NCBI RefSeq assembly: GCF_009914755.1
Contig: NC_060934.1
Length of the DNA stretch: 64,000 nt
From: the human T2T-CHM13v2.0 reference genome, Homo sapiens
Direction: 5' to 3' (one strand)
The translations under genes were made by a program, and so were the position numbers. Positions 25,801 through 40,800 of this stretch are shown here, piece by piece. Below the pieces are notes generated by a model. That model did no database searches. It had not been told where the DNA came from and saw only the letters and a list, made by a program, of their open reading frames with translations. How positions within the stretch are numbered: the stretch's first letter is position 1; each line of letters opens with the position of its first letter.

Positions 25801-28800
25801 CTCACAGAGTTTAACATTCCTTTAATCGAGCAGTTAGGAAACACTCTTTTTGTAAAGTCTGCAAGTGGATAATTGGCCGTCTTTGAGCCCTTCGCTGGAA
25901 ACGGGATTTCCTCATACAATGCTAGACCGAAGAATTCTCAGTAACTTCTTCGTGTTGTTTGTATTCAACTCAGAGATTTGAACCTTCCTTTGGAGAGAGC
26001 AGATTTGAAAAACTCTTTTTTTGGTATTTGCAAGTACAGATTTCAAGCGCTCCTAGGCCTATGGCAGAAAAGGAAATATCTTCGTATAAAAACTACACAG
26101 AATCATTCTCAACAACTACTTTGTGATGTGAGCGTTCAACTCACAGAGTTTAACCTTTCTTTTCATAGAGCACTTTGGAAAGACTCTGTCTGTAAAGTCT
26201 GCAAGTGCTTATTTGGACTTCTTTGAGGCCTTCGTTGGAAACGGGATTTCTTCATATAACGCTGGACAGAAGAATTCTCATTTACTTCTTTGTGTTGTGT
26301 GCATTCAACTCACAGAGTTGAAACTTTCTTTAGAGAGAGCAGATTTGAAACACCCTTTCTGTGGAGTTTGCTAGTGCAGATTTCAAACGCTTCGAGGACA
26401 ATGGTAGAAAAGGATATATCTTCGTATTAAAACTAGACAAAATCATTCTCAGAATACACTTTGTGATGTGTGTGTTCCACTTACAGAGTTTAACCTTTCT
26501 TTAATCGAGCAGTTTGGAAACACTCTCTTTGTAAAGTCTCCAAGTGGATAATTGTCCCTCTTTGAGCCCTTCATTGGAAACGGGATTTCCTCATATAATT
26601 CTAGACAGAAGAATTCTCAGTAACTTCTTTGTGTTGTTTGTATTCAACTCACAGATTTCAACCTTCCTTTAGAGAGAGCAGATTTGAAACACTCTTTTTT
26701 TGGTATTTGCAAGTGCAGATTCCAAGCGCTTCTAGGCCTATGGCAGAAAAGGAAATATCTTCGTATAAAAACTACACAGAATCATTCTCAACAACTACTT
26801 TGTGATGTGTGTGTTCAACTCACAGAGTTTAACCTTTCTTTTCATAGAGCAGTTTGGAAACACTCTGTTTGTAATGTCTGCAAGTGCATATTTGGACTTC
26901 TTTGAGGCCTTCGTTGGAAACGGGATTTCTTCATATAATGCTTGACAGAAGAATTCTCAGTCACTTCTTTGTGTTGTGGTATTCAAGTCACAGAGTTGAA
27001 ACTTCCTTTAGACAGAGCAGTTTTGAAAATCTCTTTCTGTGGAATTTGCAAGTGGAGATTTCAAGCGATTTGAGGCCAATCTTTGAAATGGAAATATCTT
27101 CGTGTAAAAACTACACAGAATCATTCTCAGGAACTACTTTCTGATGTGTGCGTTCAACACACGGAGTTTAACCTTTCTTTTCATAGAGCAGTTTGGAAAC
27201 ACTCTGTTTGTAAAGTCTGCAAGTGCTTATTTGGACCTCTTTGAGGCCTTCGTTGGAAACGTGATTTCTTCATATAATGCTAGACAGAAGAATTATCAGT
27301 CACTTCTTTGTGTTGTGTGTATTCAAGTCACAGAGTTAAACCTTCCTTTAGACAGAGCAGTTTTGAAAAACTCTTTCTGTGGAATTTGCAAGTGGAGATT
27401 TCAAGCGATTTGAGGCCAATCTTTGAAATGGAAATCTCTTCGTGTAAAAACTACACAGAATCATTCTCAGAAACTGCTTTGTGATGTCTGCGTTCAGCTT
27501 ACAGAGTTTCACCTTTCTTTTTATAGAGCAGTTTGGAAAGACTCTGTCTGTAAAGTCTGCAAGTGAATACTTGGACCCCTTTGTGTACTTCGTTGGAAGA
27601 GGGATTTTTTCATTTACTGCTAGACAGAAGAATTCTCAGTAAATCCTTTGTGTTGTGTGAATTCAACTCACAGAGTTGAACCTTCCTTTATTCAGAGCAG
27701 TTTTGAAACACTCTTTTTGTGGAATTTCCAGGTGGAGATTTCAAGAGATTTGACGCCTATCTTAGACATGGAAATATCTTCGTATTAAAACTACAGAGTC
27801 ATTCGCAGAAACTAGTTTGTGATGTGTGCCTTCAACTCACAGAGTTTAACCTTTCTTTTCATAGAGCAGTCTGGAAACACTCTGTTTGTAAAGTCTGCAA
27901 GTGGATATTTGGACCTCTTTGAGGACTCAGTTGGAAACGGGATTTCTTCATATAACGCTAGACAGAAGAATTCTCATTAACTTCTTTGTGTTGTGTGCAT
28001 TCAACTCACAGAGTTGAAACTTTCTTTAGAGAGAGCAGATTTGAAACACTCTTTCTGTGGAATTTGCTAGTGCAGATATCAAACGCTTCGAGGACAATGG
28101 CAGAAAAGGTTATATCTTCATATTAAAATTAGACAAAATCATTCTCAGAATACACTTTGTGATGTGTGTGTTCAACTCACAGAGTTTAACATTCCTTTAA
28201 TCGAGCAGTTAGGAAACACTCTTTTTGTAAAGTCTGCAAGTGGATAATTGGCCGTCTTTGAGCCCTTCGCTGGAAACGGGATTTCCTCATAGAATGCTAG
28301 ACGGAAGAATTCTCAGTAACTTCTTCATGTTGTTTGTATTCAACTCAGAGATTTGAACCTTCCTTTGGAGAGAGCAGATTTGAAAAACTCTTTTTTTGGT
28401 ATTTGCAAGTACAGATTTCAAGCGCTCCTAGGCCTATGGCAGAAAAGGAAATATCTTCGTATAAAAACTACACAGAATCATTCTCAACAACTACTTTGTG
28501 ATGTGAGCGTTCAACTCACAGAGTTTAACCTTTCTTTTCATAGAGCACTTTGGAAAGACTCTGTCTGTAAAGTCTGCAAGTGCTTATTTGGACTTCTTTG
28601 AGGCCTTCGTTGGAAACGGGATTTCTTCATATAACGCTGGACAGAAGAATTCTCATTTACTTCTTTGTGTTGTGTGCATTCAACTCACAGAGTTGAAACT
28701 TTCTTTAGAGAGAGCAGATTTGAAACACCCTTTCTGTGGAGTTTGCTAGTGCAGATTTCAAACGCTTCGAGGACAATGGTAGAAAAGGATATATCTTCGT

Positions 28801-31800
28801 ATTAAAACTAGACAAAATCATTCTCAGAATACACTTTGTGATGTGTGTGTTCCACTTACAGAGTTTAACCTTTCTTTAATCGAGCAGTTTGGAAACACTC
28901 TCTTTGTAAAGTCTCCAAGTGGATAATTGGCCCTCTTTGAGCCCTTCGTTGGAAACGGGATTTCCTCATATAATTCTAGACAGAAGAATTCTCAGTAACT
29001 TCTTTGTGTTGTTTGTATTCAACTCACAGATTTCAACCTTCCTTTAGAGAGAGCAGATTTGAAACACTCTTTTTTTGGTATTTGCAAGTGCAGATTCCAA
29101 GCGCTTCTAGGCCTATGGCAGAAAAGGAAATATCTTCGTATAAAAACTACACAGAATCATTCTCAACAACTACTTTGTGATGTGTGTGTTCAACTCACAG
29201 AGTTTAACCTTTCTTTTCATAGAGCAGTTTGGAAACACTCTGTTTGTAATGTCTGCAAGTGCATATTTGGACTTCTTTGAGGCCTTCGTTGGAAACGGGA
29301 TTTCTTCATATAATGCTTGACAGAAGAATTCTCAGTCACTTCTTTGTGTTGTGGTATTCAAGTCACAGAGTTGAAACTTCCTTTAGACAGAGCAGTTTTG
29401 AAAATCTCTTTCTGTGGAATTTGCAAGTGGAGATTTCAAGCGATTTGAGGCCAATCTTTGAAATGGAAATATCTTCGTGTAAAAACTACACAGAATCATT
29501 CTCAGGAACTACTTTCTGATGTGTGCGTTCAACACACGGAGTTTAACCTTTCTTTTCATAGAGCAGTTTGGAAACACTCTGTTTGTAAAGTCTGCAAGTG
29601 CTTATTTGGACCTCTTTGAGGCCTTCGTTGGAAACGTGATTTCTTCATATAATGCTAGACAGAAGAATTATCAGTCACTTCTTTGTGTTGTGTGTATTCA
29701 AGTCACAGAGTTAAACCTTCCTTTAGACAGAGCAGTTTTGAAAAACTCTTTCTGTGGAATTTGCAAGTGGAGATTTCAAGCGATTTGAGGCCAATCTTTG
29801 AAATGGAAATCTCTTCGTGTAAAAACTACACAGAATCATTCTCAGAAACTGCTTTGTGATGTCTGCGTTCAGCTTACAGAGTTTCACCTTTCTTTTTATA
29901 GAGCAGTTTGGAAAGACTCTGTCTGTAAAGTCTGCAAGTGAATACTTGGACCCCTTTGTGTACTTCGTTGGAAGAGGGATTTTTTCATTTACTGCTAGAC
30001 AGAAGAATTCTCAGTAAATCCTTTGTGTTGTGTGAATTCAACTCACAGAGTTGAACCTTCCTTTATTCAGAGCAGTTTTGAAACACTCTTTTTGTGGAAT
30101 TTCCACGTGGAGATTTCAAGAGATTTGACGCCTATCTTAGACATGGAAATATCTTCGTATTAAAACTACAGAGTCATTCGCAGAAACTAGTTTGTGATGT
30201 GTGCCTTCAACTCACAGAGTTTAACCTTTCTTTTCATAGAGCAGTCTGGAAACACTCTGTTTGTAAAGTCTGCAAGTGGATATTTGGACCTCTTTGAGGA
30301 CTCAGTTGGAAACGGGATTTCTTCATATAACGCTAGACAGAAGAATTCTCATTAACTTCTTTGTGTTGTGTGCATTCAACTCACAGAGTTGAAACTTTCT
30401 TTAGAGAGAGCAGATTTGAAACACTCTTTCTGTGGAATTTGCTAGTGCAGATATCAAACGCTTCGAGGACAATGGCAGAAAAGGTTATATCTTCATATTA
30501 AAATTAGACAAAATCATTCTCAGAATACACTTTGTGATGTGTGTGTTCAACTCACAGAGTTTAACATTCCTTTAATCGAGCAGTTAGGAAACACTCTTTT
30601 TGTAAAGTCTGCAAGTGGATAATTGGCCGTCTTTGAGCCCTTCGCTGGAAACGGGATTTCCTCATAGAATGCTAGACGGAAGAATTCTCAGTAACTTCTT
30701 CGTGTTGTTTGTATTCAACTCAGAGATTTGAACCTTCCTTTCGAGAGAGCAGATTTGAAAAACTCTTTTTTTGGTATTTGCAAGTACAGATTTCAAGCGC
30801 TCCTAGGCCTATGGCAGAAAAGGAAATATCTTCGTATAAAAACTACACAGAATCATTCTCAACAACTACTTTGTGATGTGAGCGTTCAACTCACAGAGTT
30901 TAACCTTTCTTTTCATAGAGCACTTTGGAAAGACTCTGTCTGTAAAGTCTGCAAGTGCTTATTTGGACTTCTTTGAGGCCTTCGTTGGAAACGGGATTTC
31001 TTCATATAACGCTGGACAGAAGAATTCTCATTTACTTCTTTGTGTTGTGTGCATTCAACTCACAGAGTTGAAACTTTCTTTAGAGAGAGCAGATTTGAAA
31101 CACCCTTTCTGTGGAGTTTGCTAGTGCAGATTTCAAACGCTTCGAGGACAATGGTAGAAAAGGATATATCTTCGTATTAAAACTAGATAAAATCATTCTC
31201 AGAATACACTTTGTGATGTGTGTGTTCCACTTACAGAGTTTAACCTTTCTTTAATCGAGCAGTTTGGAAACACTCTCTTTGTAAAGTCTCCAAGTGGATA
31301 ATTGGCCCTCTTTGAGCCCTTCGTTGGAAACGGGATTTCCTCATATAATTCTAGACAGAAGAATTCTCAGTAACTTCTTTGTGTTGTTTGTATTCAACTC
31401 ACAGATTTCAACCTTCCTTTAGAGAGAGCAGATTTGAAACACTCTTTTTTTGGTATTTGCAAGTGCAGATTCCAAGCGCTTCTAGGCCTATGGCAGAAAA
31501 GGAAATATCTTCGTATAAAAACTACACAGAATCATTCTCAACAACTACTTTGTGATGTGTGTGTTCAACTCACAGAGTTTAACCTTTCTTTTCATAGAGC
31601 AGTTTGGAAACACTCTGTTTGTAATGTCTGCAAGTGCATATTTGGACTTCTTTGAGGCCTTCGTTGGAAACGGGATTTCTTCATATAATGCTTGACAGAA
31701 GAATTCTCAGTCACTTCTTTGTGTTGTGGTATTCAAGTCACAGAGTTGAAACTTCCTTTAGACAGAGCAGTTTTGAAAATCTCTTTCTGTGGAATTTGCA

Positions 31801-34800
31801 AGTGGAGATTTCAAGCGATTTGAGGCCAATCTTTGAAATGGAAATATCTTCGTGTAAAAACTACACAGAATCATTCTCAGGAACTACTTTCTGATGTGTG
31901 CGTTCAACACACGGAGTTTAACCTTTCTTTTCATAGAGCAGTTTGGAAACACTCTGTTTGTAAAGTCTGCAAGTGCTTATTTGGACCTCTTTGAGGCCTT
32001 CGTTGGAAACGTGATTTCTTCATATAATGCTAGACAGAAGAATTATCAGTCACTTCTTTGTGTTGTGTGTATTCAAGTCACAGAGTTAAACCTTCCTTTA
32101 GACAGAGCAGTTTTGAAAAACTCTTTCTGTGGAATTTGCAAGTGGAGATTTCAAGCGATTTGAGGCCAATCTTTGAAATGGAAATCTCTTCGTGTAAAAA
32201 CTACACAGAATCATTCTCAGAAACTGCTTTGTGATGTCTGCGTTCAGCTTACAGAGTTTCACCTTTCTTTTTATAGAGCAGTTTGGAAAGACTCTGTCTG
32301 TAAAGTCTGCAAGTGAATACTTGGACCCCTTTGTGTACTTCGTTGGAAGAGGGATTTTTTCATTTACTGCTAGACAGAAGAATTCTCAGTAAATCCTTTG
32401 TGTTGTGTGAATTCAACTCACAGAGTTGAACCTTCCTTTATTCAGAGCAGTTTTGAAACACTCTTTTTGTGGAATTTCCACGTGGAGATTTCAAGAGATT
32501 TGACGCCTATCTTAGACATGGAAATATCTTCGTATTAAAACTACAGAGTCATTCGCAGAAACTAGTTTGTGATGTGTGCCTTCAACTCACAGAGTTTAAC
32601 CTTTCTTTTCATAGAGCAGTCTGGAAACACTCTGTTTGTAAAGTCTGCAAGTGGATATTTGGACCTCTTTGAGGACTCAGTTGGAAACGGGATTTCTTCA
32701 TATAACGCTAGACAGAAGAATTCTCATTAACTTCTTTGTGTTGTGTGCATTCAACTCACAGAGTTGAAACTTTCTTTAGAGAGAGCAGATTTGAAACACT
32801 CTTTCTGTGGAATTTGCTAGTGCAGATATCAAACGCTTCGAGGACAATGGCAGAAAAGGTTATATCTTCATATTAAAATTAGACAAAATCATTCTCAGAA
32901 TACACTTTGTGATGTGTGTGTTCAACTCACAGAGTTTAACATTCCTTTAATCGAGCAGTTAGGAAACACTCTTTTTGTAAAGTCTGCAAGTGGATAATTG
33001 GCCGTCTTTGAGCCCTTCGCTGGAAACGGGATTTCCTCATACAATGCTAGACGGAAGAATTCTCAGTAACTTCTTCGTGTTGTTTGTATTCAACTCAGAG
33101 ATTTGAACCTTCCTTTGGAGAGAGCAGATTTGAAAAACTCTTTTTTTGGTATTTGCAAGTACAGATTTCAAGCGCTCCTAGGCCTATGGCAGAAAAGGAA
33201 ATATCTTCGTATAAAAACTACACAGAATCATTCTCAACAACTACTTTGTGATGTGAGCGTTCAACTCACAGAGTTTAACCTTTCTTTTCATAGAGCACTT
33301 TGGAAAGACTCTGTCTGTAAAGTCTGCAAGTGCTTATTTGGACTTCTTTGAGGCCTTCGTTGGAAACGGGATTTCTTCATATAACGCTGGACAGAAGAAT
33401 TCTCATTTACTTCTTTGTGTTGTGTGCATTCAACTCACAGAGTTGAAACTTTCTTTAGAGAGAGCAGATTTGAAACACCCTTTCTGTGGAGTTTGCTAGT
33501 GCAGATTTCAAACGCTTCGAGGACAATGGTAGAAAAGGATATATCTTCGTATTAAAACTAGACAAAATCATTCTCAGAATACACTTTGTGATGTGTGTGT
33601 TCCACTTACAGAGTTTAACCTTTCTTTAATCGAGCAGTTTGGAAACACTCTCTTTGTAAAGTCTCCAAGTGGATAATTGGCCCTCCTTGAGCCCTTCGTT
33701 CGAAACGGGATTTCCTCATATAATTCTAGACAGAAGAATTCTCAGTAACTTCTTTGTGTTGTTTGTATTCAACTCACAGATTTCAACCTTCCTTTAGAGA
33801 GAGCAGATTTGAAACACTCTTTTTTTGGTATTTGCAAGTGCAGATTCCAAGCGCTTCTAGGCCTATGGCAGAAAAGGAAATATCTTCGTATAAAAACTAC
33901 ACAGAATCATTCTCAACAACTACTTTGTGATGTGTGTGTTCAACTCACAGAGTTTAACCTTTCTTTTCATAGAGCAGTTTGGAAACACTCTGTTTGTAAT
34001 GTCTGCAAGTGCATATTTGGACTTCTTTGAGGCCTTCGTTGGAAACGGGATTTCTTCATATAATGCTTGACAGAAGAATTCTCAGTCACTTCTTTGTGTT
34101 GTGGTATTCAAGTCACAGAGTTGAAACTTCCTTTAGACAGAGCAGTTTTGAAAATCTCTTTCTGTGGAATTTGCAAGTGGAGATTTCAAGCGATTTGAGG
34201 CCAATCTTTGAAATGGAAATATTTTCGTGTAAAAACTACACAGAATCATTCTGAGGAACTACTTTCTGATGTGTGCGTTCAACACACGGAGTTTAACCTT
34301 TCTTTTCATAGAGCAGTTTGGAAACACTCTGTTTGTAAAGTCTGCAAGTGCTTATTTGGACCTCTTTGAGGCCTTCGTTGGAAACGTGATTTCTTCATAT
34401 AATGCTAGACAGAAGAATTATCAGTCACTTCTTTGTGTTGTGTGTATTCAAGTCACAGAGTTAAACCTTCCTTTAGACAGAGCAGTTTTGAAAAACTCTT
34501 TCTGTGGAATTTGCAAGTGGAGATTTCAAGCGATTTGAGGCCAATCTTTGAAATGGAAATCTCTTCGTGTAAAAACTACACAGAATCATTCTCAGAAACT
34601 GCTTTGTGATGTCTGCGTTCAGCTTACAGAGTTTCACCTTTCTTTTTATAGAGCAGTTTGGAAAGACTCTGTCTGTAAAGTCTGCAAGTGAATACTTGGA
34701 CCCCTTTGTGTACTTCGTTGGAAGAGGGATTTTTTCATTTACTGCTAGACAGAAGAATTCTCAGTAAATCCTTTGTGTTGTGTGAATTCAACTCACAGAG

Positions 34801-37800
34801 TTGAACCTTCCTTTATTCAGAGCAGTTTTGAAACACTCTTTTTGTGGAATTTCCACGTGGAGATTTCAAGAGATTTGACGCCTATCTTAGACATGGAAAT
34901 ATCTTCGTATTAAAACTACAGAGTCATTCGCAGAAACTAGTTTGTGATGTGTGCCTTCAACTCACAGAGTTTAACCTTTCTTTTCATAGAGCAGTCTGGA
35001 AACACTCTGTTTGTAAAGTCTGCAAGTGGATATTTGGACCTCTTTGAGGACTCAGTTGGAAACGGGATTTCTTCATATAACGCTAGACAGAAGAATTCTC
35101 ATTAAGTTCTTTGTGTTGTGTGCATTCAACTCACAGAGTTGAAACTTTCTTTAGAGAGAGCAGATTTGAAACACTCTTTCTGTGGAATTTGCTAGTGCAG
35201 ATATCAAACTCTTCGAGGACAATGGCAGAAAAGGTTATATCTTCATATTAAAATTAGACAAAATCATTCTCAGAATACACTTTGTGATGTGTGTGTTCAA
35301 CTCACAGAGTTTAACATTCCTTTAATCGAGCAGTTAGGAAACACTCTTTTTGTAAAGTCTGCAAGTGGATAATTGGCCGTCTTTGAGCCCTTCGCTGGAA
35401 ACGGGATTTCCTCATAGAATGCTAGACGGAAGAATTCTCAGTAACTTCTTCGTGTTGTTTGTATTCAACTCAGAGATTTGAACCTTCCTTTCGAGAGAGC
35501 AGATTTGAAAAACTCTTTTTTTGGTATTTGCAAGTACAGATTTCAAGCGCTCCTAGGCCTATGGCAGAAAAGGAAATATCTTCGTATAAAAACTACACAG
35601 AATCATTCTCAACAACTACTTTGTGATGTGAGCGTTCAACTCACAGAGTTTAACCTTTCTTTTCATAGAGCACTTTGGAAAGACTCTGTCTGTAAAGTCT
35701 GCAAGTGCTTATTTGGACTTCTTTGAGGCCTTCGTTGGAAACGGGATTTCTTCATATAACGCTGGACAGAAGAATTCTCATTTACTTCTTTGTGTTGTGT
35801 GCATTCAACTCAGAGTTGAAACTTTCTTTAGAGAGAGCAGATTTGAAATACCCTTTCTGTGGAGTTTGCTAGTGCAGATTTCAAACGCTTCGAGGACAAT
35901 GGTAGAAAAGGATATATCTTCGTATTAAAACTAGATAAAATCATTCTCAGAATACACTTTGTGATGTGTGTGTTCCACTTACAGAGTTTAACCTTTCTTT
36001 AATCGAGCAGTTTGGAAACACTCTCTTTGTAAAGTCTCCAAGTGGATAATTGTCCCTCTTTGAGCCCTTCGTTGGAAACGGGATTTCCTCATATAATTCT
36101 AGACAGAAGAATTCTCAGTAACTTCTTTGTGTTGTTTGTATTCAACTCACAGATTTCAACCTTCCTTTAGAGAGAGCAGATTTGAAACACTCTTTTTTTG
36201 GTATTTGCAAGTGCAGATTCCAAGCGCTTCTAGGCCTATGGCAGAAAAGGAAATATCTTCGTATAAAAACTACACAGAATCATTCTCAACAACTACTTTG
36301 TGATGTGTGTGTTCAACTCACAGAGTTTAACCTTTCTTTTCATAGAGCAGTTTGGAAACACTCTGTTTGTAATGTCTGCAAGTGCATATTTGGACTTCTT
36401 TGAGGCCTTCGTTGGAAACGGGATTTCTTCACATAATGCTTGACAGAAGAATTCTCAGTCACTTCTTTGTGTTGTGGTATTCAAGTCACAGAGTTGAAAC
36501 TTCCTTTAGACAGAGCAGTTTTGAAAATCTCTTTCTGTGGAATTTGCAAGTGGAGATTTCAAGCGATTTGAGGCCAATCCTTGAAATGGAAATATCTTCG
36601 TGTAAAAACTACACAGAATCATTCTCAGGAACTGCTTTCTGATGTGTGCGTTCAACACACGGAGTTTAACCTTTCTTTTCATAGAGCAGTTTGGAAACAC
36701 TCTGTTTGTAAAGTCTGCAAGTGCATATTTGGACCTCTTTGAGGCCTTCGTTGGAAACGTGATTTCTTCATATAATGCTAGATAGAAGAATTATCAGTCA
36801 CTTCTTTGTGTTGTGTGTATTCAAGTCACAGAGTTGAACCTTCCTTTAGACAGAGCAGTTTTGAAAAACTCTTTCTGTGGAATTTGCAAGTGGAGATTTC
36901 AAGCGATTTGAGGCCAATCTTTGAAATGGAAATCTCTTCGTGTAAAAACTACACAGAATCATTCTCAGAAACTGCTTTGTGATGTCTGCGTTCAGCTTAC
37001 AGAGTTTCACCTTTCTTTTTATAGAGCAGTTTGGAAAGACTATGTCTGTAAAGTCTGCAAGTGAATACTTGGACCCCTTTGTGTACTTCGTTGGAAGAGG
37101 GATTTTTTCATTTACTGCTAGACAGAAGAATTCTCAGTAAATCCTTTGTGTTGTGTGAATTCAACTCACAGAGTTGAACCTTCCTTTATTCAGAGCAGCT
37201 TTGAAACACTCTTTTTGTGGAATTTCCAGGTGCAGATTTCGAGAGATTTGACGCCTATCTTAGACATGGAAATATCTTCGTATTAAAACTACAGAGTCAT
37301 TCGCAGAAACTAGTTTGTGATGTGTGCCTTCAACTCACAGAGTTTAACCTTTCTTTTCATAGAGCAGTCTGGAAACACTCTGTTTGTAAAGTCTGCAAGT
37401 GGATATTTGGACCTCTTTGAGGACTCAGTTGGAAACGGGATTTCTTCATATAACGCTAGACAGAAGAATTCTCATTAACTTCTTTGTGTTGTGTGCATTC
37501 AACTCACAGAGTTGAAACTTTCTTTAGAGAGAGCAGATTTGAAACACTCTTTCTGTGGAATTTGCTAGTGCAGATATCAAACGCTTCGAGGACAATGGCA
37601 GAAAAGGTTATATCTTCATATTAAAATTAGACAAAATCATTCTCAGAATACACTTTGTGATGTGTGTGTTCAACTCACAGAGTTTAACATTCCTTTAATC
37701 GAGCAGTTAGGAAACACTCTTTTTGTAAAGTCTGCAAGTGGATAATTGGCCGTCTTTGAGCCCTTCGCTGGAAACGGGATTTCCTCATATAATGCTAGAC

Positions 37801-40800
37801 CGAAGAATTCTCAGTAAATTCTTCGTGTTGTTTGTATTCAACTCAGAGATTTGAACCTTCCTTTGGAGAGAGCAGATTTGAAAAACTCTTTTTTTGGTAT
37901 TTGCAAGTATAGATTTCAAGCGCTCCTAGGCCTATGGCAGAAAAGGAAATATCTTCGTATAAAAACTACACAGAATCATTCTCAACAACTACTTTGTGAT
38001 GTGAGCGTTCAACTCACAGAGTTTAACCTTTCTTTTCATAGAGCACTTTGGAAAGACTCTGTCTGTAAAGTCTGCAAGTGCTTATTTGGACTTCTTTGAG
38101 GCCTTCGTTGGAAACGGGATTTCTTCATATAACGCTGGACAGAAGAATTCTCATTTACTTCTTTGTGTTGTGTGCATTCAACTCACAGAGTTGAAACTTT
38201 CTTTAGAGAGAGCAGATTTGAAACACCCTTTCTGTGGAGTTTGCTAGTGCAGATTTCAAACGCTTCGAGGACAATGGTAGAAAAGGATATATCTTCGTAT
38301 TAAAACTAGACAAAATCATTCTCAGAATACACTTTGTGATGTGTGTGTTCCACTTACAGAGTTTAACCTTTCTTTAATCGAGCAGTTTGGAAACACTCTC
38401 TTTGTAAAGTCTCCAATGGATAATTGGCCCTCTTTGAGCCCTTCGTTGGAAACGGGATTTCCTCATATAATTCTAGACAGAAGAATTCTCAGTAACTTCT
38501 TTGTGTTGTTTGTATTCAACTCACAGATTTCAACCTTCCTTTAGAGAGAGCAGATTTGAAACACTGTTTTGTTGGTATTTGCAAGTGCAGATTAAAAGCG
38601 CTTCTAGGCCTATGGCAGAAAAGGAAATATCTTCGTATAAAAACTACACAGAATCATTCTCAACAACTACTTTGTGATGTGTGTGTTCAACTCACAGAGT
38701 TTAACCTTTCTTTTCATAGAGCAGTTTGGAAACACTCTGTTTGTAATGTCTGCAAGTGCATATTTGGACTTCTTTGAGGCCTTCGTTGGAAACGGGATTT
38801 CTTCATATAATGCTTGACAGAAGAATTCTCAGTCACTTCTTTGTGTTGTGGTATTCAAGTCACAGAGTTGAAACTTCCTTTAGACAGAGCAGTTTTGAAA
38901 ATCTCTTTCTGTGGAATTTGCAAGTGGAGATTTCAAGCGATTTGAGGCCAATCTTTGAAATGGAAATATCTTCGTGTAAAAACTACACAGAATCATTCTC
39001 AGGAACTACTTTCTGATGTGTGCGTTCAACACACGGAGTTTAACCTTTCTTTTCATAGAGCAGTTTGGAAACACTCTGTTTGTAAAGTCTGCAAGTGCTT
39101 ATTTGGACCTCTTTGAGGCCTTCGTTGGAAACGTGATTTCTTCATATAATGCTAGACAGAAGAATTATCAGTCACTTCTTTGTGTTGTGTGTATTCAAGT
39201 CACAGAGTTAAACCTTCCTTTAGACAGAGCAGTTTTGAAAAACTCTTTCTGTGGAATTTGCAAGTGGAGATTTCAAGCGATTTGAGGCCAATCTTTGAAA
39301 TGGAAATCTCTTCGTGTAAAAACTACACAGAATCATTCTCAGAAACTGCTTTGTGATGTCTGCGTTCAGCTTACAGAGTTTCACCTTTCTTTTTATAGAG
39401 CAGTTTGGAAAGACTCTGTCTGTAAAGTCTGCAAGTGAATACTTGGACCCCTTTGTGTACTTTGTTGGAAGAGGGATTTTTTCATTTACTGCTAGACAGA
39501 AGAATTCTCAGTAAATCCTTTGTGTTGTGTGAATTCAACTCACAGAGTTGAACCTTCCTTTATTCAGAGCAGTTTTGAAACACTCTTTTTGTGGAATTTC
39601 CACGTGGAGATTTCAAGAGATTTGACGCCTATCTTAGACATGGAAATATCTTCGTATTAAAACTACAGAGTCATTCGCAGAAACTAGTTTGTGATGTGTG
39701 CCTTCAACTCACAGAGTTTAACCTTTCTTTTCATAGAGCAGTCTGGAAACACTCTGTTTGTAAAGTCTGCAAGTGGATATTTGGACCTCTTTGAGGACTC
39801 AGTTGGAAACGGGATTTCTTCATATAACGCTAGACAGAAGAATTCTCATTAACTTCTTTGTGTTGTGTGCATTCAACTCACAGAGTTGAAACTTTCTTTA
39901 GAGAGAGCAGATTTGAAACACTCTTTCTGTGGAATTTGCTAGTGCAGATATCAAACGCTTCGAGGACAATGGCAGAAAAGGTTATATCTTCATATTAAAA
40001 TTAGACAAAATCATTCTCAGAATACACTTTGTGATGTGTGTGTTCAACTCACAGAGTTTAACATTCCTTTAATCGAGCAGTTAGGAAACACTCTTTTTGT
40101 AAAGTCTGCAAGTGGATAATTGGCCGTCTTTGAGCCCTTCGCTGGAAACGGGATTTCCTCATACAATGCTAGACGGAAGAATTCTCAGTAACTTCTTCGT
40201 GTTGTTTGTATTCAACTCAGAGATTTGAACCTTCCTTTCGAGAGAGCAGATTTGAAAAACTCTTTTTTTGGTATTTGCAAGTACAGATTTCAAGCGCTCC
40301 TAGGCCTATGGCAGAAAAGGAAATATCTTCGTATAAAAACTACACAGAATCATTCTCAACAACTACTTTGTGATGTGAGCGTTCAACTCACAGAGTTTAA
40401 CCTTTCTTTTCATAGAGCACTTTGGAAAGACTCTGTCTGTAAAGTCTGCAAGTGCTTATTTGGACTTCTTTGAGGCCTTCGTTGGAAACGGGATTTCTTC
40501 ATATAACGCTGGACAGAAGAATTCTCATTTACTTCTTTGTGTTGTGTGCATTCAACTCACAGAGTTGAAACTTTCTTTAGAGAGAGCAGATTTGAAACAC
40601 CCTTTCTGTGGAGTTTGCTAGTGCAGATTTCAAACGCTTCGAGGACAATGGTAGAAAAGGATATATCTTCGTATTAAAACTAGACAAAATCATTCTCAGA
40701 ATACACTTTGTGATGTGTGTGTTCCACTTACAGAGTTTAACCTTTCTTTAATCGAGCAGTTTGGAAACACTCTCTTTGTAAAGTCTCCAAGTGGATAATT

